Assembly (NCBI GenBank): GCA_977016875.1
Contig: CDRNST010000127.1
Span: 248,001-312,000 of the forward strand
DNA length: 64,000 nucleotides
Source: Pavona decussata
Taxonomy: Eukaryota
Direction: 5' to 3'
Below the pieces are notes generated by a model that was not told where the DNA came from, searched no databases, and saw only the letters and a program-made list of their open reading frames with translations. Shown one piece after another: positions 41,501 through 53,500 of the stretch. A program made the position numbers and the translations under genes. Each line of letters begins with the position of its first letter. The first letter of the stretch is position 1.

Positions 41501-44500
41501 CATGAGACAAACTGCTTCGGTCGCTTAAGTGCACTTTAATTTGAAGCGTAGTACTACCAAACATACCAGACTCGCTTCCAATGTTTTCTTCTTCCTCTTG
41601 CACTGATCCAGAATTCTCACCAGAAGGCGTACTCTCTTCTGATAACGGTTTGTAATAATCGGGTTCTCCATGAAGCTGACTATTCTTTCCGCTTAAATCA
41701 ACCTTCATGTCTACTGATCCTGTCTTACCAAACGCCGTTCGTTTGCCACCTCCGCCTTCCTTTTCGTTCTCTAGGGAATGATTCTCGATTTCTTTGTAAT
41801 CTAACGAAAGGCCATTGCGGAAAGCACTGGCTGGCGACACAGCCATTGACTTGGAAACCTTAACATGGATATCTAAGTGGTTTCTGGTCGTTGTCAGATT
41901 GGGCTTTTCATGAACAGAGGATGGCAGATGAGCTTTAAACATCTCCTTTTGAGGTTCTTCTTCACCTCTTGTCATTCCTCGTGTTAAGACATCTGATTCT
42001 TTCCCACTCTGTGTCGCATTGTGTCCAGCAGCCAGGTTAATCTTTATCTCCTCATTTGAAGATGGTGTATTTTTCAAGTTATGAGCGTTATTAAGAGAAA
42101 CCTCTATTGTCTCATGCTTCATTTCTTCATTGCCACTTCCATTTATTTTGATTTCCAAGAAACCGGATTCTTTTGCTTTTGACGTTAACTTTTCCTCGTC
42201 ATTAAAATCAATGTGAAGGTTTTGATGTTTCCATAGTTCTGAGCTGTTTTGTATTCCGGGACTACCTTTATAGTGGTCTACTTCCTCGGTATCGCTGCTT
42301 GAATTAGCAGACATTTCTTCGACTTTACTCTGCGTATCATGAATAGACATTGGTTGCTTGCTCGGATGTTTTGAGCCAAGATTACCATTACCATAGGTTA
42401 CAGTTGCTATGGCTATGCTATTCTGTGACATGGCTTTTCTCGAGTAAACTGTACTTAGTGTAGTACTGCCGTTGATGCGACTGGAGGCTGTTATGGTAAG
42501 ACTACTTTGCTGGATGGGTTTTTCTATAGATGCGTCTTTAACTGTGCCACTACTGTTATTCTGGAAGTTGTGGAGCCCAGCAAGCTGAGAGGCGTGCTTG
42601 TTGAAGCGCCTGGTCACAAAGACGGCTTCTGTTGAGTACTTGTGTTGATGATAAGGGATACTCTGACACACCAACTCACTCGCACAGTGTACTGTATAGC
42701 AGGATTGGCCTAACATAAAGGCAATATCACAGTCCGGATCACGGCAACACACTTCTAGACAAGTCTTTATGTCAAACAGTTCCCCAATATATGTAAAATT
42801 CCCTGTTTTTAACCCGCGGCGCAGTCCGACATTATGTTCTATAGAGGAGTGTGGGCATAAGCTGCGGCTGTCTGTGAGTCCAGGGTGTTTGTGTACGGAG
42901 GATTTTCGTTCTTGATAAGTCGGTGAATGCGGCTGATACTCTACGTCTTTTTCGCTTAAGTCTACAGAAGGCTCCTTGGCATCATGAGATCTAGTTTTGG
43001 TATGCTTTTGGGAGACGTCTTTGCTTAAGTGTAACTTTCCATCCGTGAAAGAAACACTTGAAGGGAACTGAGAACCATTCGCTGCGGTTAACAGATGTTT
43101 GTTAGGTAAATTTTGTTCTTGTTGGTAAATTGCGCGCATCTTATTCTCTTCTGTCAACTTCGTATCCTTACGTGATTCTGTATTCGTCAGAATGGTTTTA
43201 TCGCTACCAGTCACGCTTTCCTCTTGATATTTCTGTTGCTTCTGTGCAGTGGGACGCGATTTGACGTGACTTGTCACGCTTTCCTCTCGGTGCTCAACTG
43301 AAGTTATCTTATCATTCGGTATCCGTTGCTTATGCGAGGACGGACGTGACTCGGCGTTAACAGTAGTACTTTTTTCCTCTTCACTTGAGCCTCTCCATAT
43401 GTGTGCAATGCGAGGTTGGTATTTTCTGACGTGCTGCGCCCGCACACTGCGACACAAGTTCTTGTGATAGCAAATGACTGAATAGCAATCTTCCCTAACC
43501 ATAAATGCTAAATCACACTGATGATTCGCACAACACTTTTTAATACATGCCCGCATGTTATCAACCTTTCCGTGCCCAACAAAATGACCGGCGTGAATTC
43601 CTCCCAGAAGTGTCACGCCATAATGTGACGGACCGTGACTGCAAAGTGAGATCATTTTGATCACGGGCGTCACGACTTGTACATCAGGAACTCTTACTTG
43701 CAGCTTGTGCACCGTGAATGGTTTTCTTCCTTTTGAAGGTGTAACTGCTTTGAAGACTTTTTCTCCCCGAACAAGAATTTTTTCACCAGCCGAAATCAAA
43801 CGACGGCCAATTTTTACAGCATTTCTGTCTCTTTGGCTTTGTGTCTCGCTCACACTATGAATCTGTACCATGTTTAAGCCGGTTTGTATAGTTGCTTTTC
43901 CAATATCGATCAAATATCTCGACACGTCAAGAGCACGTTTTCTGTGAATAACCGACAAGTTAAGCAGCGTGTCCAGCCGATTGAACTCACTGAAAGTAAA
44001 GGTGCTTTCGCTTTGTTTCTGTGGTCGATTCTGTGATTTTTCTTCCCTTTCAGACATTTCATACACCTTGTAAGGAAACTTTGCACTTGTCTCATTCCAG
44101 TGGCCGTTGTTACGCTCCTCTGATTGGTAAATTTGCTTCCCACCAAGACCTTTGATATCGTGATCTCCAGACTTCCCGTCATGCGCTCCGGGAGGAGCCT
44201 GGTGCTGGTGTAGCGTAACATTGTAAGAGACTGCTCCCGGAGGATGATGGGAAGAGTGTAGTTTGGTGGAGTCATCCAAAACAACTGCAGAAGGTAAAAG
44301 AAAAGAAAAAATCTCAAGTTAAGTTATGTTTCAGAGTAGCAAGCAAATTTCTTCTTTCCTTAGCATGCAGGGAATAGGAGCATTATAACTCACCCTGGAC
44401 AAGATGCTTTTCAATCTCAGTGATACCTCCAACATTTTGCTAAATTTTTCTCATAACTCTTGAATACCTATTTATGCGTTTCAATCTTGTTATTGTGAAC

Positions 44501-47500
44501 GCACGATTACCTGACATCTTGTTTTATAGATTACGGCACCGAGCCGCTCAGTGACAAAATCATGATATAAATCAATATCAACAAGAAGATATAACTCAAT
44601 CTAAATAAAGGAAGTGATCAAAACTATTATACTCGAACAGGGCCTACCAAACCACAAATTAGATGGTGATCGATGGTGGCACCCCTCTTCATCAACCTCA
44701 AAAGATGGTGTCGTTCCTGCATAGCCACACCTCTATCCAGCAGCAAAACATGACAATGAGATTCAAACCTCACTTTACTTTTCTTGTTCATCTAGCAATT
44801 CTGACCCTTGCTAGCTGAATATTTCTGTGTCAACTCAAATTTTAAAGCCAATAAAACTTTGTCGGTAATGTTAATGAGATAGATGGTGTCTTCTATAACT
44901 CCCCTACTCCAGATAAGGTGGGCCCTCTTTTAACAAACTTGTGATGACCAGTTTCCTAAACATTCTTACCTTTTTGCCTGATGACGTGTGCTATTTTGGG
45001 TTTGAACTGAAGAGGCTTTACCGGTACCGTCCGGCAAAACTTTCCAACGCACGCCAAAGAATAGCAATTGCGCTCCAGCATCAGCGCCATTTTGCAGGAC
45101 AATTGCCTGCAGCATAAACGAAGACATTCAGTCATGTCCTTGACTTCTCCTTGATCGGTGAAGTTTCCCGCCTTTCGACCATACAGCAAGGAGTAATTGT
45201 AGAACACGTGGCTATACTGGCACGCGTGTGGTTTGACGTCAACGTGATGGCCTTCGGTGGTGGCTCTGGCCACGGTTTTCGCACCTAGCGACACAGAATT
45301 CAAAGCAGAGGCCACTTATTAAAAAATTTTGAATCAAAGTGTCAAACAAGTTATGTATCAGAGGTAGAGTTTTGAGATATGAAACAGGCAGCAAGGAATG
45401 TTCGTACTAAGTGCCGGAATCAGCCATATTTTCACATAGAATCACTGTAATGATCTGTTATACGTAAGGAATAACGCAAGTAAACTTGCAAAAGCAACAG
45501 GTAAGCCGTACTATCTGGAAATATGGTTTGCCGGCGAGGATTCGAACCTCGGTCTCCTGCATTCAAGACAGACGTGATAACCGCTACACTACAGGCGAAA
45601 CCACGGTAGAAGCGGGCGGAATAGCTTTAATAGCTTATTCTTATTCCATCACTAAGATCACGGGGTCGCTCACTCAACATGGAGAGTCTGATTTCACTTA
45701 GGATCGACTTACAGCGATCTGAATATTCAAATTAATACGTAACATGAAGCAGACAGAAGGAATCTTTGTACTTAGTGAATCAACCATATTTTCACATAGT
45801 ACGTTATACCTTGCTTTTACACCCTAACTTACTTTGCTCCTTTCATATAGATTTTTTTCAGATTTTTTTATTCATGCACTATTTCAAAAGTTTACTACAA
45901 AAGGAAATTACAATATATCACAAAAGTAACATACAGACAACATTAAATTACATTGATGTCAAAGGTAAAATGTGCGCAGTGACCAAAGGAGCTTAGGCTT
46001 TCGAGTTGGTCACTGCTACGTGCAGCTAACTGGCGTATAACGTGCAACTAACAGTAAAATATAACAATATAACAGGTCATTACAGTAGTCCTATGTGAAA
46101 ATACGACTGATTTACTAAGTATGAATATTCCTTGCTGTCTGTTTTATGTGAAATGCCAATGCGAGGTCCTTACACGCCTATCCCAAGTTTATAAATGGCA
46201 TGTCTCTTCAATAAAAATATGACGAAAATTCTTAGCGTCAAAGAAATTAGTACAAATATATCTTTAGCCTTCTATGACTACCAATATTACTCACGATCAC
46301 TAAGCAAAAGCTTATCCTTCTAGAGCGTTTACCTTGTTCATTAAGAGAAACACTCTGCATCTGTGCTACCCAAGTTGTGAAAGAAATTGTTGTTGAATTC
46401 GGCGAAGAAACACTCGGGGAGACACGACGAGTACTGGATTCACCAAGCTCGGCCAACATTGTCATTAATTCCTGGTGGCGAGAATTGACTTCATGTCGAT
46501 GAGAAGTGGTTATCGGGGGCGACGGTAAATAACTAACATGTCGCCCTGACTTGACGACGTCTTGGGAAGATAACAGTTGAGATAAACCTGAAAGTTCTGA
46601 CGTGTCATCTGTGCTGTGCGAGGAAAGCAAAGACGAAGAAGATGCCGCTTTTGAAGACTTGTTGAAGACTGTTGGAAGCTCTCTAGACGTTCCTGGAAAC
46701 TCCGGTAGAGATTTTCTGGATCCAGACGGATTTGTCGTAAACGAAGCCTTCGTTGCTCGGAACACATTTGTTCCATGGCTAACTGAACTCGATATAACAT
46801 TACTTTTCTTCGCCCCTGTGTAAAAACCAAATAACGAATCATTTGCTGGGTACAATTAACAATATGGCTTGGTGTCTCTTCGATACCTCCAGGTTCTATG
46901 CGTGTCGTGGGAGTATATGGTGTACAAGAAAAAATCCAAACTCTTAGCACAGTATTGCAAAAAATAAAATACAGCAAAATAGCCGTCATTTGTTCTTTCA
47001 AGTTCTTTTTTTTATTTCGCTATAATTTCACCTCGAATTCCACTCATCGGTCAACAATCGTTTGACCTACTTTCTCCGACCTTATTTATTTTATTTAGCT
47101 TTGTCATGCCAAACAAATTAGGAACAGAGACAGTGAAAAAATGGCTGAAGACGTACTGCAGCTCAGGTCACTTAAAGTGGCCCCCTCTGACTACGAAATA
47201 TAGAAATAAAATAGATTAAATCAACAAGATGGGGAAAGGAGGGGGGGGGGGGGGGAGGGCATTCCAGTCCACGGGCACATTTTTATTTCAAATAATAGAC
47301 TTCCAAGTCCGCACATAGTCCTGGTCGTATACAGTCTCAAGGGCATTACGTAATTATAAGAAAGTTCTCGCAGGTAGACAAGGAAACGAAGCTGTTAGGT
47401 AATAGATCTTAAGAGCATTCGAGATTGGGGATGATGTCACAAGGGGGGAGCGTTGAGAAGTAACAGTTTTCTGGGGAACAAACGTAGCCTCGTTGTTACT

Positions 47501-50500
47501 AGACTTGCCTCAAGTCGTTTTCTTATGAAAACGGACTTTGAGAAAGTCTACGTGATTACTCGAGGTTCTAGTAATTCTTCCTGAGTTTCGTCATAACTGG
47601 AAATTGGTCATTATCTATGTAAACCACACTGCTAATGGCCTTGAAAAAGGAGACAACATCAAGGAGTTATTTTGCCACTCTGAAGAGAACACAGGGCGCC
47701 CCTTCTGGGATACCAGTAAAGATTTAAGTGTTATTGTTTATGGTTATTTTGAATAAAGAAATATTCGATATGGCCGAACAAAAGCCCGGGTTAAGTAAAT
47801 ATTTAATACGAGTTTACAAAGGCAAAATTCCATTTATAGCCTTACTGCAGACAAAAAACAAATACATCTATGCAAAAGGATTAGAGAGAATTTCAACTCA
47901 TTCTATTAAACCTGGGATACACAAGAAATAAGTGTTTATTTACGAGGTATATCCCTTACGGAAGTCAGTAATGAGCGAAGCAAAATTTCAAAATATTTTT
48001 CTTAAATATTGCATATGAAATCACAAAGTAATTGGTTGAAAATGTGATATGCCTACAAGTGTAAAGATAACGATATTACAAAAAGTGTTCCATTTCAACA
48101 AGATGAAAAATAATGCGTAGCAACCAACCTTAAAATCCAAGATGTAATACCAATCTTCATTTTAGGTACTGTTTGAAGCGCTTTGGCATTGGTCCGATAT
48201 AAATTTAAACGGGTTTAGAAATTTCGAGAAAAAGCGGTGAAGCGACCAAAGTCGTTTCACCCGAAATTCAGGACACGTAGAGTTGTAACCTTAAATTCGT
48301 CTGAAGTACCGTATAACAGCCCTGAACTGAACCACATCATTGAGTCGTGCATTTTTAACACCAATTTTCGCGACGTTGCGTTAAGAAATATTTGAAAAAC
48401 TACCGGTGCCCCATTGATGATCGCTGACCGATGAAGTATAAGCAAACTAAACAGACAATGAACACCAGCGGTGATTTACGACATAGACCAATGAACGATT
48501 GACAGGATTTCAAAATAGTTTCCTTAGAACATGTTACCGGCAAGCTCTCTAATTGCCCCAAATCTCAAGATATCAATTCTCCTGCTACGTGTCCATATGT
48601 TAGTTTTACCATTTGCTCGGAGAATTTGGTAGTTTATCAGAACAATATCCGCTATATGGACTCTATCCGTGTTGAAAACAATGAGGGAATTTCTTTTCTT
48701 TTCTTTTTTAGCTGGAAGAATTCTTTTGACCACTTTAGGTGTTTATTTTGTTTATTTTCAAAGCAATTTTGTTAAGGTAAAGAAAATCGTGAAGCTCTGT
48801 GTTTAAAATAAACGAAAATATTTAGAGGAGTATTTTTTTCAACCCTGACATATCCGCACGTATGCCTTGGGGGATCATGTGTTTCCTAAGGCTACATTAC
48901 ATGAAATAGGGTCACTAACTCAATCGAATTAATCATTTAAACTTTAAACTGAAAGGATTAACCGACACTGAAAGGGAAAATCGCCGAAAAAAAAATTCGG
49001 TTCTTTGCTTTTCTCACGAGAATAACAAGGCTGAACTTTAAACTTTGAAATACAATCAGCAACCCTTCATTGCATAAAAGTCAAGTATTGGGGCGTGTAA
49101 TATCTAATTCTCATTTTCTAAACTCTGTTGAAGAAACCCCCTAGCGTGGCTATTCAAATATAAGCTATTGAGACGCAGTCAGCTTCTTGATATGTATCCG
49201 ATTCTTAAGTTTTCCCACGAAGTTTTTTTAAAGAAAAAAAGTTGGTATTGTGGTGCTCTTACAAGTAGAAACAGTAACAGCCTACCTTTCTCAAATTGAC
49301 CTCTTTTCCTCAAGAAGGCCACCTGCACAATGTCTGAACTAACATCACCGGCTTTCATTTGCCCAGGTTCACACATCTCACTATTGTCACACGTGATCAC
49401 AAAGCAATGCAAACTGCGCATGTACGCGACGTCGCCACCCACGTCACAACTCAGGTGAATACAAGTGCGCATGTCCGGAACAGGTCCCAGCCCGACGGCT
49501 GTGCCGCTTGGAGGAGAAACATCGTGAGATATTTGACTTTCTTGGCAATATTTCACGTCGTCTATTTGTTCTACGGTTTCTCTCGAGTCTGTGGTTTGAT
49601 TAGTGTCTACAGATTGATTAAAATCACTAAAGGGGAGTGTTTCCGTTCTTAAATGAGACATCGAAGAACTGATCTGTTCACCGCGCGATTTTTTGGACTT
49701 TACATTTCTGGGGTTGACTTGTGTTGAAGGCACCACCTTAACTGTCGAGTTCAAAATCGCATTTGTAAATGTTTTTGACCTGTCTCCCAATAACAAAAAG
49801 TTGCTGTTATGGAGAGAAACGTTTCTTTTCAAAGTGTTCTGAGTGCTTGGCAAGACATTTGAAGTTACAGCACGCGTACCAAGTTCCGAATGCCTGGGAC
49901 TCGTGTAAAGTTGGACTCTCAGTGTCACTTTTGGGATTAATAGAGTTGAAGAATGTTTGAGCGCATGTGTTACTTCTGAAGATCGCGCGACTGATTGTGT
50001 TGCTAAGCTCCAGTGTTTTAGTGAAGAGCGTGACTTAACTGGAGTTATCTTGTCTACCGCACCCTTCAAACGAAGGGGTGACGGGGCCGAAGTTGTTTCA
50101 AGGCGCCTCCCCTTCTGAGGATTGCGTGACACAGCTAAGGAAGGCTTCTGTTTAAACGCTTTGTTGGAATTTGCTGAAATAGCTACGGTAGTCTTTTGTG
50201 CAACACTCTCAAGGGAATAGGGTGTGGGTGCTGGTGTCGGTTTACTCCTTTCGCTTTTCAGAAGGTTCAGTGACACTGTTGGTACCGTCTTTTCAGTCTT
50301 TGAAGCATTGCGTGACGCTGCGTGTGCGGTTATTCTCTTGCCAGGCTTGTGAGGTTTGATTGCTCTTGCATCTGCTTCGGCTTTGAGAATGAAGTCTGAA
50401 GGGTGATGTGCCTTTTGCGAAGGAGCTGTACAACAATACAATTAAGAAAAGTCAGACGCCTGAAACTATCATCTAGTTGACACTAAAATTTAATTGATTC

Positions 50501-53500
50501 ACATTAAATAAGTAAAGCAACAGGTGTGTGTCTTTTGAATCTTACTCGATCTGAAAAATCAATTCCCCTAATCAGAAATCATCTCCTGGTATAATGAAAG
50601 GCCATTCACTGCACAAAATTTAGCACCAACATCCACAAGTTACAAAGTAGTCAAACATGCAACTGGCAAATCAGAAATTTCCACTGTCAATTTTAGCTCG
50701 TTCCTCAAATTCTAGAGTCTTTTTTTTGTCTTAAGTGTCCATTTTTAACCACAAGCCTCTTGTAATTTTTTCGGTAGTGAAACTGTACTCGGAAACATGC
50801 ACCGGACATGCACATGCACATCTAAATTCCGGTTTCCATTTTCCTCCGGAGAACTTGTATAAGAAAGTTAATGTAACAAAAGTCATTCAAAAAGAGTTTT
50901 AAACCACTTACCACTATTCGCAATTCTGTGGACGCTTGTGGCGTAAGAAAGCTGAAGAACGAACTTGCTGTCTTTCGCCGGTATCCATTGGCACTGCGTC
51001 TGGTTGTTACAGTGAACAGAAAAGCACCGTTTTCCCGCCATAAACGCCGCGTCACACTTGTGCGATCGACAGCACAACCTTTGACACACGGACATAGTGC
51101 CCAGGTCCCCATGATCCACGAATGTTCCGGACTGGTAACCATTAGCAAGAGTGGCGTTGAATACAATGGCGCTGTGTTGACACTTGTTAACACGGGGTCG
51201 AGGCCATACATGATCTGGGAGAGAGAGCAAAAATGAACGCACAAGCTGAATAGCAACTTTTTTTTGGTCTTTCTATTAAGGTTAGTAATATCAAAAACTC
51301 GTAGCTAGTATTCTCCTTCATACGAAAGACGCTAACTGCTATATTTCGCTCAGCGGTTGAAAATAAACCGGAACAAAACAAATACTATCTCTTGCTTCTC
51401 ATTTTCTCTATTGAGAAATTAGTCAAAAAAGAGCCGCTTCTAGCATCGGAAAGGATATATTTTTCGCCTTTATTTCAAGGCTAACAAAAATATAAAGGGG
51501 AAGTATCATGGAGTTTTTGGTATCTTTTGTTAAAAATGATGAAATAAGACCTTCAATCAGCTGCCAAACAATTCTAGAATGACGACAGGAAAGAAGTCAA
51601 CTCAATTCTTGAAAGGAATCTGTTTGTGATCTTTGCTAGTGAAATTTGGAAGCGAAAATGCGAGAACTTGAAAAACATTAGCCTAGCATTTGTCAAGTTT
51701 CAATCCATACCGGCCTACTCTGTCTCTGGCCAGAGGCACTAATCGACGGTTTTATTGAACTGGGGTGATAATTTATAACAAACTTGACAATTATTTCGTT
51801 GTTTCTGCTGACAGACAAACATTTTTCGGTTTTTGAAATGACAGTAAATTGCCGTGATACTTCCCCTTTAAACACCAATCAAGAAAAAGAAAAGTTCTTG
51901 CCTGCGCACAGAAATTAAGTAAAGGGATTTTTTTCCGTACCCTACAAAATAAAATGACCCATAACTTGTCTAGGCGCCAATCTCGCTCTTTTTTTTTTTT
52001 TTTTCATACTTTTTGTATTTCTGTTCAGCTTCAATAAACCAGTGTTAGTGTACTTAGATATATCGAAACTATTTCGTATTTTTTCCGACAGCTTAAAAAA
52101 GTAATATAGTGGTGTTTACTAAAATGCAGTATTTATAAAATGGCGTGCATTTGAGGGGGATGGGGCGGGTTCAACTACGAAAATCAGTATACCATTACTT
52201 GACACCAGAGCTTGTAGCCTTCTAACTCTTTCAAAGTGAGAGTAACTTAAGGTAAAAACGACTTCTCAGCCTGAGCATTTTTCGCAAGACTGACAGTTCA
52301 CGCTACAAGCCGCTTCACTGGAGCAATTGAAACAATTGTCAAGCCAACCGCAGCTATATCAATATTAACAAATTTTCACCGAATTCCAAATAAATATCTG
52401 TAAACATTCACTGAAGCGTACTCAAGGTTATTGCTATTGACCCACGGGGGAAGGTGATCATGGCAAAGCAAAGTCAACTGAAACGACGCGTAACTGATTC
52501 CGCACGCTGAAAATTTTTCTTCGCACTGATGAACTGCCCTTGAGCTTCGCGCAAAAAAATTCTACATTAGAATTAGTAATTTTACGCTTATTTGTGAAAA
52601 GCTAAAACACTGATATTTTTTGTGTTGGGAAATCAAAAACGTCTAGTATTATTTTAAGGACAATTTATCGAAATTCATTCATTTTTTATCCAGTGAAGAT
52701 GTCTATAATTTCGGTTACAAATATGTGACAAGATGGTATATACTTCCAGATCGTCGTTGCGCGGAACTGACGCACATTAAAAACAGCGAACTCGGATCCG
52801 CCTACGATACATTGCTTAACTCGAGATAGCACTACCTTTTGAAGGTGTGAATAAAATCCTCTAGCGTGGGTACTTAACTGTGGTACTGTTTATCATGCTC
52901 TAACTTTTACGTCTGTAGCTGAAATCATAGTACAGTATGTGACCATTCAAATGAAAGCTACTGAGCAGTACTTTCCTGTGGTGCTGTTTATTATGCTGTA
53001 CAAGGTGGTTCTAATTTTTGAGTCTGTAAATGAAATCCTAAAGTGTGACCATTCAAATGAAAGCTACTGAGCAGTACTTTCCTGTGGTGCTGTTTATTAT
53101 GCTGTACAAGGTGGTTCTAAGTTTTGAGTCTGTGGATCAAATCCTAAAGTATGACCATTCAAATGAAAGCTACTGAGCAGTACTTTTCTGCGGTGCTGCT
53201 TACTATGCTGTAAAAGGTAGTTTTAATTTTTGAGTGTGTGTATGGAATCCTAATGTCTGACCATTCAAATGAAAGCTACTGAGCAGTACTGTTCTGTGGT
53301 GCTGTTTATTATGCTGCCTTTGTGACTTTAACGTTTGAGGCCGATGCAAAAATCCTCGAGTGTGTGGCGATTCAAATGAAAGCCGTTGACCCTTATTCCT
53401 GTGTGGTACAGTTAGTTTTTTCTTTTCAATATTTTCAAAGACGGTTGCAAATTTTGGATCTCTTTCCCGTTTCCACCTCAAGTGCTTCTAAAAGCAAAAG

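Noticed and set aside
43910-44317. 135-aa ORF with hydrophobic N-terminus (MRFFLFFFYLLQ)
   Set aside because: It is the exon 7 polypyrimidine tract read in an alternative frame.
4930-46823. Many plus-strand ORFs of 60-230 aa
   Set aside because: These are antisense shadows of S/T-rich exons, with no domains or splice logic.
47150-49150. Possible unrecognised exon or element remnant in the long intron, including a poly-G run
   Set aside because: No ORF with matching splice sites or recognisable motif, and no termini I could define.
52860-53410. Regular repeats resembling a CRISPR array
   Set aside because: Whole 106-bp units repeat with no unique spacers, there are no cas genes, and the context is a eukaryotic intron.
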